Of a stretch of DNA of 64,000 nucleotides, positions 51,495-60,201 are shown in pieces; position 1 is the stretch's first letter, and every line of letters begins with the position of its first letter. The stretch covers positions 143,112 to 207,111 of the forward strand of contig CAZXND010000002.1 of NCBI GenBank assembly GCA_964641355.1, in the 5' to 3' direction. The position numbers were made by a program, and so were the translations under genes. The stretch is from an uncultured Gammaproteobacteria bacterium. Lineage in GTDB: Bacteria > Patescibacteriota > Microgenomatia > Levybacterales > GWA1-39-11. The notes below the pieces were generated by a model. The model made no database searches. It was not told the DNA's origin and worked only from the letters and a program-made list of their open reading frames with translations.

Positions 51495-53832
51495 ATTTCC
51501 ACAAAACAATTGTCGATCCTAAAATAACTATAAACAATGATATTATAGTGATTTTTAATCCTAATTTAAATGAATCAGAACTAAAAACAAACTTTACCGA
51601 ATGATTTCCGGAAGGGATCAAAATTGCTCTGAAAGCATAGTTAGCTTTAAAGATCTTAGTTTCTTGATTGTCGACAAATGCCTTCCAACCTGGATAATAT
51701 GTGTCTGATAAAAAAAGAAGATTATTTGACTTGGATTCAGTTGTAAATAAGATGCCCTCTGACTTATAAGAAACGAGTTTAACTTTTCCAATAGAACCAC
51801 CTAACTCAGATTCTACTCTTTCTTCTAATATTAAACTTAGATTTGGGTTAAATTCTTTCGAAAAGAAGATTTTTTCAAACTCCTCTTTGGATCTTACAAC
51901 CTTATAAGAGTTAGTCAAAAAGAATCTTGGTACAACTTTTAAGTTTTCGAATATTCTCCAATCATTTCTATCATATATTTTATTAAAATCTTTTGTGGGA
52001 AAAGTTTTTTCCGATGTTCCGTTCTGATATCTGTCTAAGATATACCTCACACCTAGCAAGTTCAACACTTTTTGTCTATATTTATTTTCGGCGAAATCGT
52101 TTTCCCCAAATCCTTGGAAAATTCTTGCATCAGACCGGGTTTCATTGTTAAATAGCGAGGGAAATTCCCCATTTTTTGATAATTCTATAAACTCTCCGTA
52201 GTCTTTTGGGTAAAGCGGATCGTAACCATCAGGAGAATACATGAACAGTTGCGTTGCAAAATTAGCTTCTATATTTGCAGTTCCATAACCCCAAAATCTG
52301 TATATATTCGACTTATTTTTTAAAAAGGAAGAGATTTCTGTTGGTGGATATACCAATAGTGAAGGCACAAAAGGATTAAATTTATTAAAAAAATAAAAAA
52401 GATCAAAAATGGTGATAAAAATAAAAAGATATACATAGTATTTTTTAGCAACTATTCTAGACGAGAGTAAAACGAAACCTAACATAAGAGTAAGTATTAG
52501 ATTTGATAATAAAAAGCTCTTCATATTCATTGGAGATTTTGTAATAAATAAAATCCATCCATAAAATATAAGAAAAAAAACTGGAACCGATGCATAAAAA
52601 AAGTTTCTCCGCTTGTTCCAAACACTATCAATTCCAAACGAAGAAAGAGTCGCAAAGGAGAATGATATTAGAAAAATCGCATTTGCCGGTGAGCTTGTAG
52701 ATAATAGGGGAATTGGTATTTTAAAGAATAATTCAGATAATGGGTTTTTGAAAGTAATCAGAAGCAGAAGAGTTAAAGCCAATAAATAAAATCTAACGAT
52801 CTTATCTTTTTTATAACTCACAATACCTAAAATCGAAAAGAAAAAAGGGATAATTCCAAAATATAATGCCGATCCAGGATAAGATTTTGACAAGAGGAAA
52901 TTTTTAGTAACTGGGTTACCAAAGAAATCTGGAGAGAGAAATAAAATTATTTCTTTAGGTTGTAATAATAAAGTATTAACTAAATAATTATAGGGCTGAT
53001 TACTCCTTGCAGAATTCGAAATTAACTCTAACGTCGGGAGAAGTTGTACTCCTCCAACTAATAATGGGAGGATTATTGCGAAAAATATCAATATTATTTT
53101 ACCTGTATTTTTTTTCTTAAAGGAAAGAGAAATAAATAAAAAATAAAAAAATATGAATGAAAATACTAAGAAAAAAACCTGAATATGCCCAGCGAAAAAA
53201 GAAAATAAAAGTGCTAGAAAAACGCCAATAAGGTAAGATAATTTTATTTTTTTAATCAATTTCTCAAGAAAATATAGTACAAGAGGAAGATAAAGAACTG
53301 AATGAAGAATAGTATTGTACTCAAGAAAAACAGTGAAATATAGAGAGAAAGAAAAAGCAATCGATGCAAAAAGCGAAGCTTCTTTACTTCTCTTTATCTC
53401 CCTTAAATACAGATAAGTAAATAAAAGTGCTAGTAACGGCTGCAATAGAACCTGGATAGTCCAAGCTAAGGTTTGAGGCAAAAAGAAATAGAAGATGTTA
53501 AATGGGTAAAAGATAGAGGACTGAAAATTTGCCAATAGTGGAGCTCCCGAAAAGTTATACGGATTCCACAAAGGGATTTGTCCATTTTTAATCGAGTTTA
53601 TTGAATAAGTCTTCCAGGGAAAAATCTGTCTTGCAGTATCAAAATATTGATCTTTTGACGGATATGTTCCAGGATTAAACCCTAAATAGGAATAGGTTTT
53701 CCAAGGATTGTAGGATGAAATAAGTAAATCTCCAGGAAATGGAACAAAGCCAAAGAAAAAAAATTTATGAAAGAATAATACAATTATAAGAACAAAAAAT
53801 GTCTTACTTATAATTAATTCTTTTAATTTCAT
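51484..53832 (-). CDS. YfhO-family GT-C membrane protein
   Basis: PLWNPYNFSGAPLLANFQ, GHIQ, PDFFGNP, DGYDPLY, YYPGW, ANYAFRA. Confidence 0.82.
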   Translation of the reverse strand: MKLKELIISKTFFVLIIVLFFHKFFFFGFVPFPGDLLISSYNPWKTYSYLGFNPGTYPSKDQYFDTARQIFPWKTYSINSIKNGQIPLWNPYNFSGAPLLANFQSSIFYPFNIFYFFLPQTLAWTIQVLLQPLLALLFTYLYLREIKRSKEASLFASIAFSFSLYFTVFLEYNTILHSVLYLPLVLYFLEKLIKKIKLSYLIGVFLALLFSFFAGHIQVFFLVFSFIFFYFLFISLSFKKKNTGKIILIFFAIILPLLVGGVQLLPTLELISNSARSNQPYNYLVNTLLLQPKEIILFLSPDFFGNPVTKNFLLSKSYPGSALYFGIIPFFFSILGIVSYKKDKIVRFYLLALTLLLLITFKNPLSELFFKIPIPLLSTSSPANAIFLISFSFATLSSFGIDSVWNKRRNFFYASVPVFFLIFYGWILFITKSPMNMKSFLLSNLILTLMLGFVLLSSRIVAKKYYVYLFIFITIFDLFYFFNKFNPFVPSLLVYPPTEISSFLKNKSNIYRFWGYGTANIEANFATQLFMYSPDGYDPLYPKDYGEFIELSKNGEFPSLFNNETRSDARIFQGFGENDFAENKYRQKVLNLLGVRYILDRYQNGTSEKTFPTKDFNKIYDRNDWRIFENLKVVPRFFLTNSYKVVRSKEEFEKIFFSKEFNPNLSLILEERVESELGGSIGKVKLVSYKSEGILFTTESKSNNLLFLSDTYYPGWKAFVDNQETKIFKANYAFRAILIPSGNHSVKFVFSSDSFKLGLKITIISLFIVILGSTIVLWKYEL

Positions 53833-55469
53833 TTAATTGTTTTTTTGAATATAAATAAAGGAATAAATGTTAAAAATGATAAAGTGCTAAGAATATCAGC
53901 TATTAACCTTACTTTGGTTTCGGTAAATTTTACCTCAACAGAATTAATTCCTCGGGGTACAAAAAAAGTTAATTCCCCTCTATGATTTGGGTCTTGAAAT
54001 TGTACCGGTACCTCCTTTTTATTTACAAACACCTTCCATCCAGGAAAATACTCGGTATGATCCACAACCTTTATTCCATTTTTTGATTTAACTACAAAAT
54101 AATGAAGATTAGACTTCTTAACTAAACTAGTAATATTTCCTTTTCCCGAAATAACCTCCACCCTGCTTTTAGGATATGATTTTGCCGGACCTGCCGACCA
54201 TATTACATCAGTCTCACCATAGTAAGTAGTATTTAAAGGAAAATTCCAGTAATATTTTTCACTTATTTTATCCTCTCCCAGCAGAGGTCTAAAATAATAA
54301 CAATTTAAGACAATAACAAACAAAATTAGCAAGTAAAAAATACTTCTTCTATTAAAAATTCTAAATTCTAAATAAGAAATTGCCGAAAGCGATGATGAAA
54401 AAGAAATGACAGAAAGAATCCTCCATGGAAATTGAAATTGTCTTAAAAGAGAGATCTTTTCCCAAAAAAATTTAGAAACTGGCTGCATAAGGAATAATGA
54501 AACAAATGTTAGAAAAAGAGAAAAGTATATGATTTTTTTTATTTTTGTTCCTCTTTTAAAAAGAACTACAATAGAAAGAAGTATACCCAATACATGAAAA
54601 GCTCCTATTTGAACAGGAATTCCTTCAGTTGAAAGAGTAATTTGATTGGTTAAATTGGGAATAAAAAAGTTGAAAAGAGGTGGAAAGTGTGACATATAAA
54701 TGTTTTTCATAAATAAGTCACCATATGTGTATTTATGATCAACAATAGCGGGAATCCAATAATAAGAAGCGAGACATAAACCAAAAAACAAACTAGCAAT
54801 TGCCCAAAATCGATATTTTCCTGAAAGAAAAAATAGATTGAATAAAAGTGAAATCCCAAAAAATAACAAACTTACAGAATTATGAGAAATTATAAGAAAG
54901 TACACTCCACTAGAAATTATCAAAATGTTTAAAAAATTTATTTTTTTCGAAATCCTTACTGAACCGTAAAGAATCAAGGGTAAAAAAACGTATGCATATA
55001 CTTCACCAAAACTTCCACGCATTAAAATCTCAACAAATCTAAATGGAAAAAACTGATAAAAAACACTTACGAGAACTGCCCTTTTATTATCTTGGAAAAA
55101 TTCTTTAGTAAAATAATACATAAAAACACCTGAAAGTATAAATGAGATTCCAAGAGTTAATTTAAAGGAATTAACCAAACCAAATCCTAAAAAAATAAAC
55201 ACAGAAGAAACTAAATATGGAAAATGGTAAATAAAATTAAAGAGAGGAAGACCATATCCATAATTTAAATCACCAGCCCACCTAACTGGTATTTGAAAGT
55301 CTAAAAGAGCCTTATAAAAAGCGGCCATTCTAGGTAGATGTACGAGTCCATCATGCGTATGTGGAAGATTCGAAGTGGAAAAAAAAGATAGTAAAGGAAT
55401 CGTTGATATTAAAACAATAAAAATAAGATCTATATTTTTTTTAATCCAACTATTTTGGAACGACTTCAT
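53829..55469 (-). CDS. GT-C-fold membrane protein, 'PTPS-related' family
   Basis: THDGLVHLPR, PVRWAGDLNYGYGLPLFNF, RGSFGE, SHN, QFPWR, YFPGW. Confidence 0.75.
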   Translation of the reverse strand: MKSFQNSWIKKNIDLIFIVLISTIPLLSFFSTSNLPHTHDGLVHLPRMAAFYKALLDFQIPVRWAGDLNYGYGLPLFNFIYHFPYLVSSVFIFLGFGLVNSFKLTLGISFILSGVFMYYFTKEFFQDNKRAVLVSVFYQFFPFRFVEILMRGSFGEVYAYVFLPLILYGSVRISKKINFLNILIISSGVYFLIISHNSVSLLFFGISLLFNLFFLSGKYRFWAIASLFFGLCLASYYWIPAIVDHKYTYGDLFMKNIYMSHFPPLFNFFIPNLTNQITLSTEGIPVQIGAFHVLGILLSIVVLFKRGTKIKKIIYFSLFLTFVSLFLMQPVSKFFWEKISLLRQFQFPWRILSVISFSSSLSAISYLEFRIFNRRSIFYLLILFVIVLNCYYFRPLLGEDKISEKYYWNFPLNTTYYGETDVIWSAGPAKSYPKSRVEVISGKGNITSLVKKSNLHYFVVKSKNGIKVVDHTEYFPGWKVFVNKKEVPVQFQDPNHRGELTFFVPRGINSVEVKFTETKVRLIADILSTLSFLTFIPLFIFKKTIK

Positions 55470-56961
55470 AAAGACTCATATAAGAATCTGAAACACCCTT
55501 TCTGTATTTAGCAACTAATTCTAACGGCCAAGAAGTAGGGGGCATTGTTGTTTGATTGAAAATGAAATACACAGGCATTTTTTTGGCCCTATCAACTAAG
55601 TCAATAGGGATTTCTGGTGGAATTGGATATATTCCTCTTTTCTCTACCTTTTTATTATCTCCAAGATATATCTCAACTGCATAAGTAGGAAGAGAGCCGA
55701 AAGTGCCCTCAGAGGCAACATAAATTTTTTCATTCATTGCTTGTTTCTCAAGATATGCGATTATTTCTTTAGTACCACCACCAGCTGGCCAACCATTAAT
55801 ATATTGTTCTAAATCTGCATAAGGAATTGGGGCATAAGAGATATTACTAATTATAAAATAATCTGATTTAAGCATTAGAAAAACAAAAACCAAAATCACC
55901 AAACCCTTTAGATAATACCCTCTTACTCTTATGCATAAATCAAAAAGTCCATATGCAGCAAGAACTAAAAGCGGCATAGTCATAAAGAAAATAAAACGAG
56001 GATAAAGAACTCTTCCAAACAGAGCTAAAGCAAAAAAAGGTGCTGCAAACCAGATAATCATAAGTAATTTTTCGAAAATAAATTTTCTACTGAAAAATGG
56101 CATCAAAACAAGAATGATTCCTGGAATTGTGAAGTAAGTTATAAGCCAATCAAATTGCCCTCTTAAATTTCCTATTAAAAATCTTGTTGGATGCTCTAAC
56201 CACTCACGAAAAGTGTATACAAAAATCGCGTTTTTATCGTTGATTATATGGTAAAAGGGAGACAATCTTAAAATAGAGTAAATAGCATATGCTAAGACTA
56301 CAGACACAGATGATAAAAAGATCCACTTTATTATTTTTTCAACAATATTCTTTTCTTTGAAATTAAAAAGTAGAATCGAAAAAGGTAAAAGGTAAATAAA
56401 GAAAAAAGCGCTTGTTTTAGTAAGAACTCCGAATCCGATAACCATTCCTAAAATAATTGCTAAATCCAATCTAAGTTTTCTTACTAAAAGAATCTCTAAA
56501 TAAAGTGCCCATATCGCACTTGCGGCAACAATTGAGTCGTAAAGAGCCATTCTATCGTAAACAAGGGCAAATGGGAAAATTAGATATAGGAAGCTTGCAA
56601 ACAAACCTATTTTTTTATTATTAAAAAGTTCCGAAGTAAGAAGATAGAGACCTAAAAGACTTACAAAGCCCGATACAACAGAAACCAATCTTCCAGCAAG
56701 TAAAGGATCTGAGATAAATCTCATAAAAATCATGTCCAGCCATACAAAGGAGGGTTGTTTTCCATCTGTTAGAGAGATAAACCTCCATGCGGCATCAAAC
56801 CTTGCAATCTGCGACCACCTTGTATAAATTGCCTCATCTGTAAATAAAGGAAGAGACATTATATTTATCAATCGAAGAATAAAATATACTACGGCAAAAG
56901 ACAATAAAACAAAAAACGAGATTTTGTTTTTTTTCCAAAAAGCAAGAAGATCTGAAGTCAT
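55450..56961 (-). CDS. GT-C membrane glycosyltransferase, ArnT/PMT_2-like
   Basis: FTDEAIY, DGKQP, GRLVS, YDRMALYD, LTK, YPRF. Confidence 0.78.
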   Translation of the reverse strand: MTSDLLAFWKKNKISFFVLLSFAVVYFILRLINIMSLPLFTDEAIYTRWSQIARFDAAWRFISLTDGKQPSFVWLDMIFMRFISDPLLAGRLVSVVSGFVSLLGLYLLTSELFNNKKIGLFASFLYLIFPFALVYDRMALYDSIVAASAIWALYLEILLVRKLRLDLAIILGMVIGFGVLTKTSAFFFIYLLPFSILLFNFKEKNIVEKIIKWIFLSSVSVVLAYAIYSILRLSPFYHIINDKNAIFVYTFREWLEHPTRFLIGNLRGQFDWLITYFTIPGIILVLMPFFSRKFIFEKLLMIIWFAAPFFALALFGRVLYPRFIFFMTMPLLVLAAYGLFDLCIRVRGYYLKGLVILVFVFLMLKSDYFIISNISYAPIPYADLEQYINGWPAGGGTKEIIAYLEKQAMNEKIYVASEGTFGSLPTYAVEIYLGDNKKVEKRGIYPIPPEIPIDLVDRAKKMPVYFIFNQTTMPPTSWPLELVAKYRKGVSDSYMSLYEVVPK

Positions 56962-56967
56962 ATTTTG

Positions 56968-56973
56968 ATTATA
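56968..56973 (-). promoter_or_regulatory. Putative leaderless -10 box for the gene at 56961
   Basis: TATAAT-N6-ATG(56961) in a 14-nt intergenic gap. Confidence 0.5.
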
Positions 56974-56975
56974 TA

Positions 56976-58145
56976 TTATCGCCTGTATTTAACAAACATC
57001 AAACCTATAATTAACAATGAGACAACAACTCCACCAATATTGATACAAGCAAGGTAATACGGAATTGGATCATTCCAGTTTCCGTATCTTAAATATGGAT
57101 AATAATTCAAAAGAGATGAAATAGAAATAACAACAACAGGGATAAATATAAAATACTTTTTAACAAGAAGAGATGCGAAGGGAAGAGAGAAAAGCAAATA
57201 CCATGGCTGGAAATTTGTTCTAATGGTTGCAATAATAATTGTAAATGTCATAAGAATTAAACTAGCATAAATAACTGTTTCGGTTTTTAGCCTATCACCT
57301 AAAAACTTTTTTCTTAAAATAAATACTAGATATATCGGCGCAAGAAAAAAAGTAACGAATTTAACACCACCTGATATTAAGAAAAGGATAAAAGTCTTCA
57401 TCCACTCTTCTCTGATAAGAAAATAAAACGAAGCCATTGCGAAAAACATCATAACTATATCGTTATGAGAAGAAACCAAAGCTTCAATTAGCACAAGAGG
57501 ATTTAGAGCAAAAAAAGCTGCTCCCAATAATGGATTTTTCTCTTTTGTATACTTGAGTATCTTTTCTATAAAATAAACGCTACCCAAATAACAAATTAAT
57601 GATAAAAATTTAAACAGATAAAAGGTAATAAGAAAGATATTAAACCCAGCAAAAGAAATTGGAATTGTCATACCAAGCCAGGTAGGACCATACGGATAAG
57701 TTCTATGAGTCCATCTCATAAAAGAGAGCATTGGATCCAAAGGATAGTCCAACGCCTTCTTGAAGTAAGGATTATCGTGATAATACGTAAATACTTTCGC
57801 ATCGAAAATATAATTAAACAAATCATATGAAAAAGCGTTGTATGAAAAAAATAGAATGGTGGAAATTAGAACAATTATTGTCCAAAAACTTTTTCTACTT
57901 ATTTTTCCCTGATTAACTAAATAAAGAGTCTTTAGAAATAGTATAAAACCAAAAAATAAAATTATCAGATAAATAGCAGACGACAGAGGTCTTTCAAAAT
58001 AACCAACATATTGAAAATATTTTTCTATGGTTTGATAAATAGAAGCCTGAGAGAGGGTAAGAGATAGGTCAACCTGAGTAAACGAGTATAAGGTTAGCAA
58101 GATTGCAAATAGAACCCAAAGAGGAAAAAATAATCGGTTAAGCAT
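56976..58145 (-). CDS. Polyprenol-P-sugar-dependent membrane glycosyltransferase, MptA/MptB-like
   Basis: SYDLFNY, NPY, YPYGPTW, NPLVLIEAL..HND, VKF, QPWY; paralogue of 10291-11400. Confidence 0.72.
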   Translation of the reverse strand: MLNRLFFPLWVLFAILLTLYSFTQVDLSLTLSQASIYQTIEKYFQYVGYFERPLSSAIYLIILFFGFILFLKTLYLVNQGKISRKSFWTIIVLISTILFFSYNAFSYDLFNYIFDAKVFTYYHDNPYFKKALDYPLDPMLSFMRWTHRTYPYGPTWLGMTIPISFAGFNIFLITFYLFKFLSLICYLGSVYFIEKILKYTKEKNPLLGAAFFALNPLVLIEALVSSHNDIVMMFFAMASFYFLIREEWMKTFILFLISGGVKFVTFFLAPIYLVFILRKKFLGDRLKTETVIYASLILMTFTIIIATIRTNFQPWYLLFSLPFASLLVKKYFIFIPVVVISISSLLNYYPYLRYGNWNDPIPYYLACINIGGVVVSLLIIGLMFVKYRR

Positions 58146-58905
58146 TTTTATTTGAGTAAACTCCGGACATTATATTCTTTCTAATCCTTAATAAATCTAG
58201 AACACCTTCTATAGAATCTCTTATTGGGCTTACCCTTCTAGTCTCCACATATAACCACTCAACAGGAACCTCTTTTATTTTGTACTTCTTTTGTTTTGCT
58301 ACATACAGTATTTCAATATCAAACCCAGCAGTTACCGACGATCCACTAATAGATCTAAAACCGTTATGAATTTTTTTAACTTTTTCAAACACATCTCTTC
58401 CCGCTTTTCTTGTAAACATTTTAAATCCACATTGAGTATCTTTTACTTCTCCGATACCTACAAGAAAAGATCTTAGAATTATCATCCCTTCAGCCATTAT
58501 TTTTCTTGATATTGGAGCTCCTCGTCTTGTCCCCGCACGAGATCCGATTACAATATCAAATCCTTCTGAAAAATAAGGAAAAAGTTTTCCTATTTCCTCA
58601 ATCGGTGTTGCCTGATCCATATCTGAAAACAAAATATAATCACCTTTTGCTTCTAGAACTCCTGTAGTTACTGCTCCAGCCTTACCCATATGTTCGTTTT
58701 TTATCAGTTTAAATTTTTTATTTTCTGAAGCAAACTTACTCACAAACTCTCGACTCCCATCTGTTGAACCATCATCAACGACTATAACCTCATAGTTATA
58801 TATCTGTTTTTCCAAATAACTTTTTACTTTTTCAAGAGGTCCCTTCTGAAGATTGGCCATCTCGTTATATGACGGGATAACCACTGAAACTACAACGTCT
58901 TTCAC
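58138..58905 (-). CDS. GT2, dolichyl/polyprenyl-phosphate beta-glucosyltransferase-like (ALG5-like); first gene of the cluster
   Basis: IPSYNE, DDGSTD, GKAGAV, FSDMDQATP, IGSR, DTQCGFK, FDIE; GTG at 58905 follows TATAAT-N9 and avoids overlap with cmk. Confidence 0.85.
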   Translation of the reverse strand: MKDVVVSVVIPSYNEMANLQKGPLEKVKSYLEKQIYNYEVIVVDDGSTDGSREFVSKFASENKKFKLIKNEHMGKAGAVTTGVLEAKGDYILFSDMDQATPIEEIGKLFPYFSEGFDIVIGSRAGTRRGAPISRKIMAEGMIILRSFLVGIGEVKDTQCGFKMFTRKAGRDVFEKVKKIHNGFRSISGSSVTAGFDIEILYVAKQKKYKIKEVPVEWLYVETRRVSPIRDSIEGVLDLLRIRKNIMSGVYSNKNA

Positions 58906-58954
58906 AATACAAATATTATACAAAATAACTAATATCAAATACACAACACTCTGC

Positions 58955-58983
58955 TTGCCAAAATAAGAGCAAAGACCTATAAT
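58955..58983 (+). promoter_or_regulatory. Sigma70 promoter of cmk, leaderless
   Basis: TTGCCA-N17-TATAAT-N6-ATG(58990), no Shine-Dalgarno. Confidence 0.65.
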
Positions 58984-58989
58984 GATCGG

Positions 58990-59757
58990 ATGGCAAATCA
59001 TGAAAGCCTTTTCAGACCAGAAAATCAAGAAAGACTTAAAGAGTATCCATATCTTATAACAATATCTGGATACTCCGGAGTTGGTAAAACAAAAACTGGG
59101 GAAGCTATAGCAATGCGTCTTGGAATGCGTTATTTTAAAGGTGGAGAGTTAATAAGACTACGTCATAGAGAGCGAACAAAAAAAGATATTGTAGGACCCA
59201 CAAATAGAAAAGTGCGAGAAGATATTAACCTCGATAGAGAATTAGCAAAACTCATAAAAAGATCTTCCTATAATCATCCTTCAGTAATTGAGTCAAGACT
59301 TGGAGGACTTATAGCAAAAGGCGTAATTAAAATTGAAGATGAAGATGGGCAAATTATAGAAATTCCTCAAAATCCCGGTATAGTCACTGTTTGTATAATA
59401 GCGAGTGATGAAAATACGAGATTTAAAAGACTTGAAAAAAGATATTCAGCAGAAAGTGGATCGATATTACCGTTTGAAGAAATAAAACATCTTACCCGTG
59501 AAAGAGAAAAACAAGATTTATCTCTTTGGATGGAGGCTCATCCAGAACTTAGAGAATTAAACATACAAAACCCATTCGATCCAGAATTAAAAACACTTGA
59601 TGGAAAGCGCGTATACGACATCGTTATTGACACACAAAATCTCAACTTACAAGAAGCAACTGAAGAACTAATGAGAAGACTCAAATTGGAAGAAAAAAAT
59701 ACTCCCGAAAGAAATAGGCAATCAATGAAACCTAAAACTTCTTATTTTATTGGGTAG
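58990..59757 (+). CDS. cmk: Cytidylate kinase-like P-loop kinase (archaeal-type Cmk family)
   Basis: ITISGYSGVGKT, GGELIR, DINLDR, VIESRLGG, YDIVIDT. Confidence 0.7.
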   Translation: MANHESLFRPENQERLKEYPYLITISGYSGVGKTKTGEAIAMRLGMRYFKGGELIRLRHRERTKKDIVGPTNRKVREDINLDRELAKLIKRSSYNHPSVIESRLGGLIAKGVIKIEDEDGQIIEIPQNPGIVTVCIIASDENTRFKRLEKRYSAESGSILPFEEIKHLTREREKQDLSLWMEAHPELRELNIQNPFDPELKTLDGKRVYDIVIDTQNLNLQEATEELMRRLKLEEKNTPERNRQSMKPKTSYFIG

Positions 59758-60082
59758 AGCAAGTTCTACCAAATCCATTTTTTCCAAAAACTGTAGAACT
59801 TTTCCTTTTTACAAGATCTTCTTCAATCATCTTCGCTGCACTAGCTCTATGTTCAATCCCACAAACAAGAAGTTGTTCTGGTACACCCAGAATGTCAAAA
59901 TCCAATGTTTGAGTTCCGTTGTTCGAACATCTTTCTATTTCACATTCCTCTTTCCTGGCAACTCTCTCAAAAGCCCTTCTCCCCAATTCCCCCTTTGCAA
60001 ATTCTCTTCTAAAATCTCTTGCTTTGCTTAAAGGAGCGCTTATGCCTTCAGCAATCGATCGAGATTTAACTTCGATAATCAT
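59747..60082 (-). CDS. Hypothetical small protein with a C-x4-C...C-x3-H motif
   Basis: ORF preceded by TATAAT-N7-ATG(60082); CEIERC...CGIEH; its 3' end overlaps the cmk stop region. Confidence 0.5.
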   Translation of the reverse strand: MIIEVKSRSIAEGISAPLSKARDFRREFAKGELGRRAFERVARKEECEIERCSNNGTQTLDFDILGVPEQLLVCGIEHRASAAKMIEEDLVKRKSSTVFGKNGFGRTCSTQ

Positions 60083-60201
60083 GCTCGACATTATAACCGA
60101 AAGCAAGCTATAGGTAAATCTTTAAATTATAAAAAGATTTTAGCTTATAAATTGGGGAAAATTGTAATTCAAGGTAATTTTGAGTAAAATGGAGAACAAT
60201 T

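Noticed and set aside
8624-55469. Tetrahydropterin/queuosine/folate pathway suggested by the 'PTPS-related' family name
   Set aside because: These are ~550-aa multi-TM proteins without QueD/PTPS T-fold motifs, and no pterin genes are nearby.
58906-59028. Long N-terminal extensions given by the ORF track (also 26770-26814, 46591-46617, 49841-49939)
   Set aside because: They overlap neighbouring genes or promoters; downstream starts fit family N-termini and coupling patterns better.
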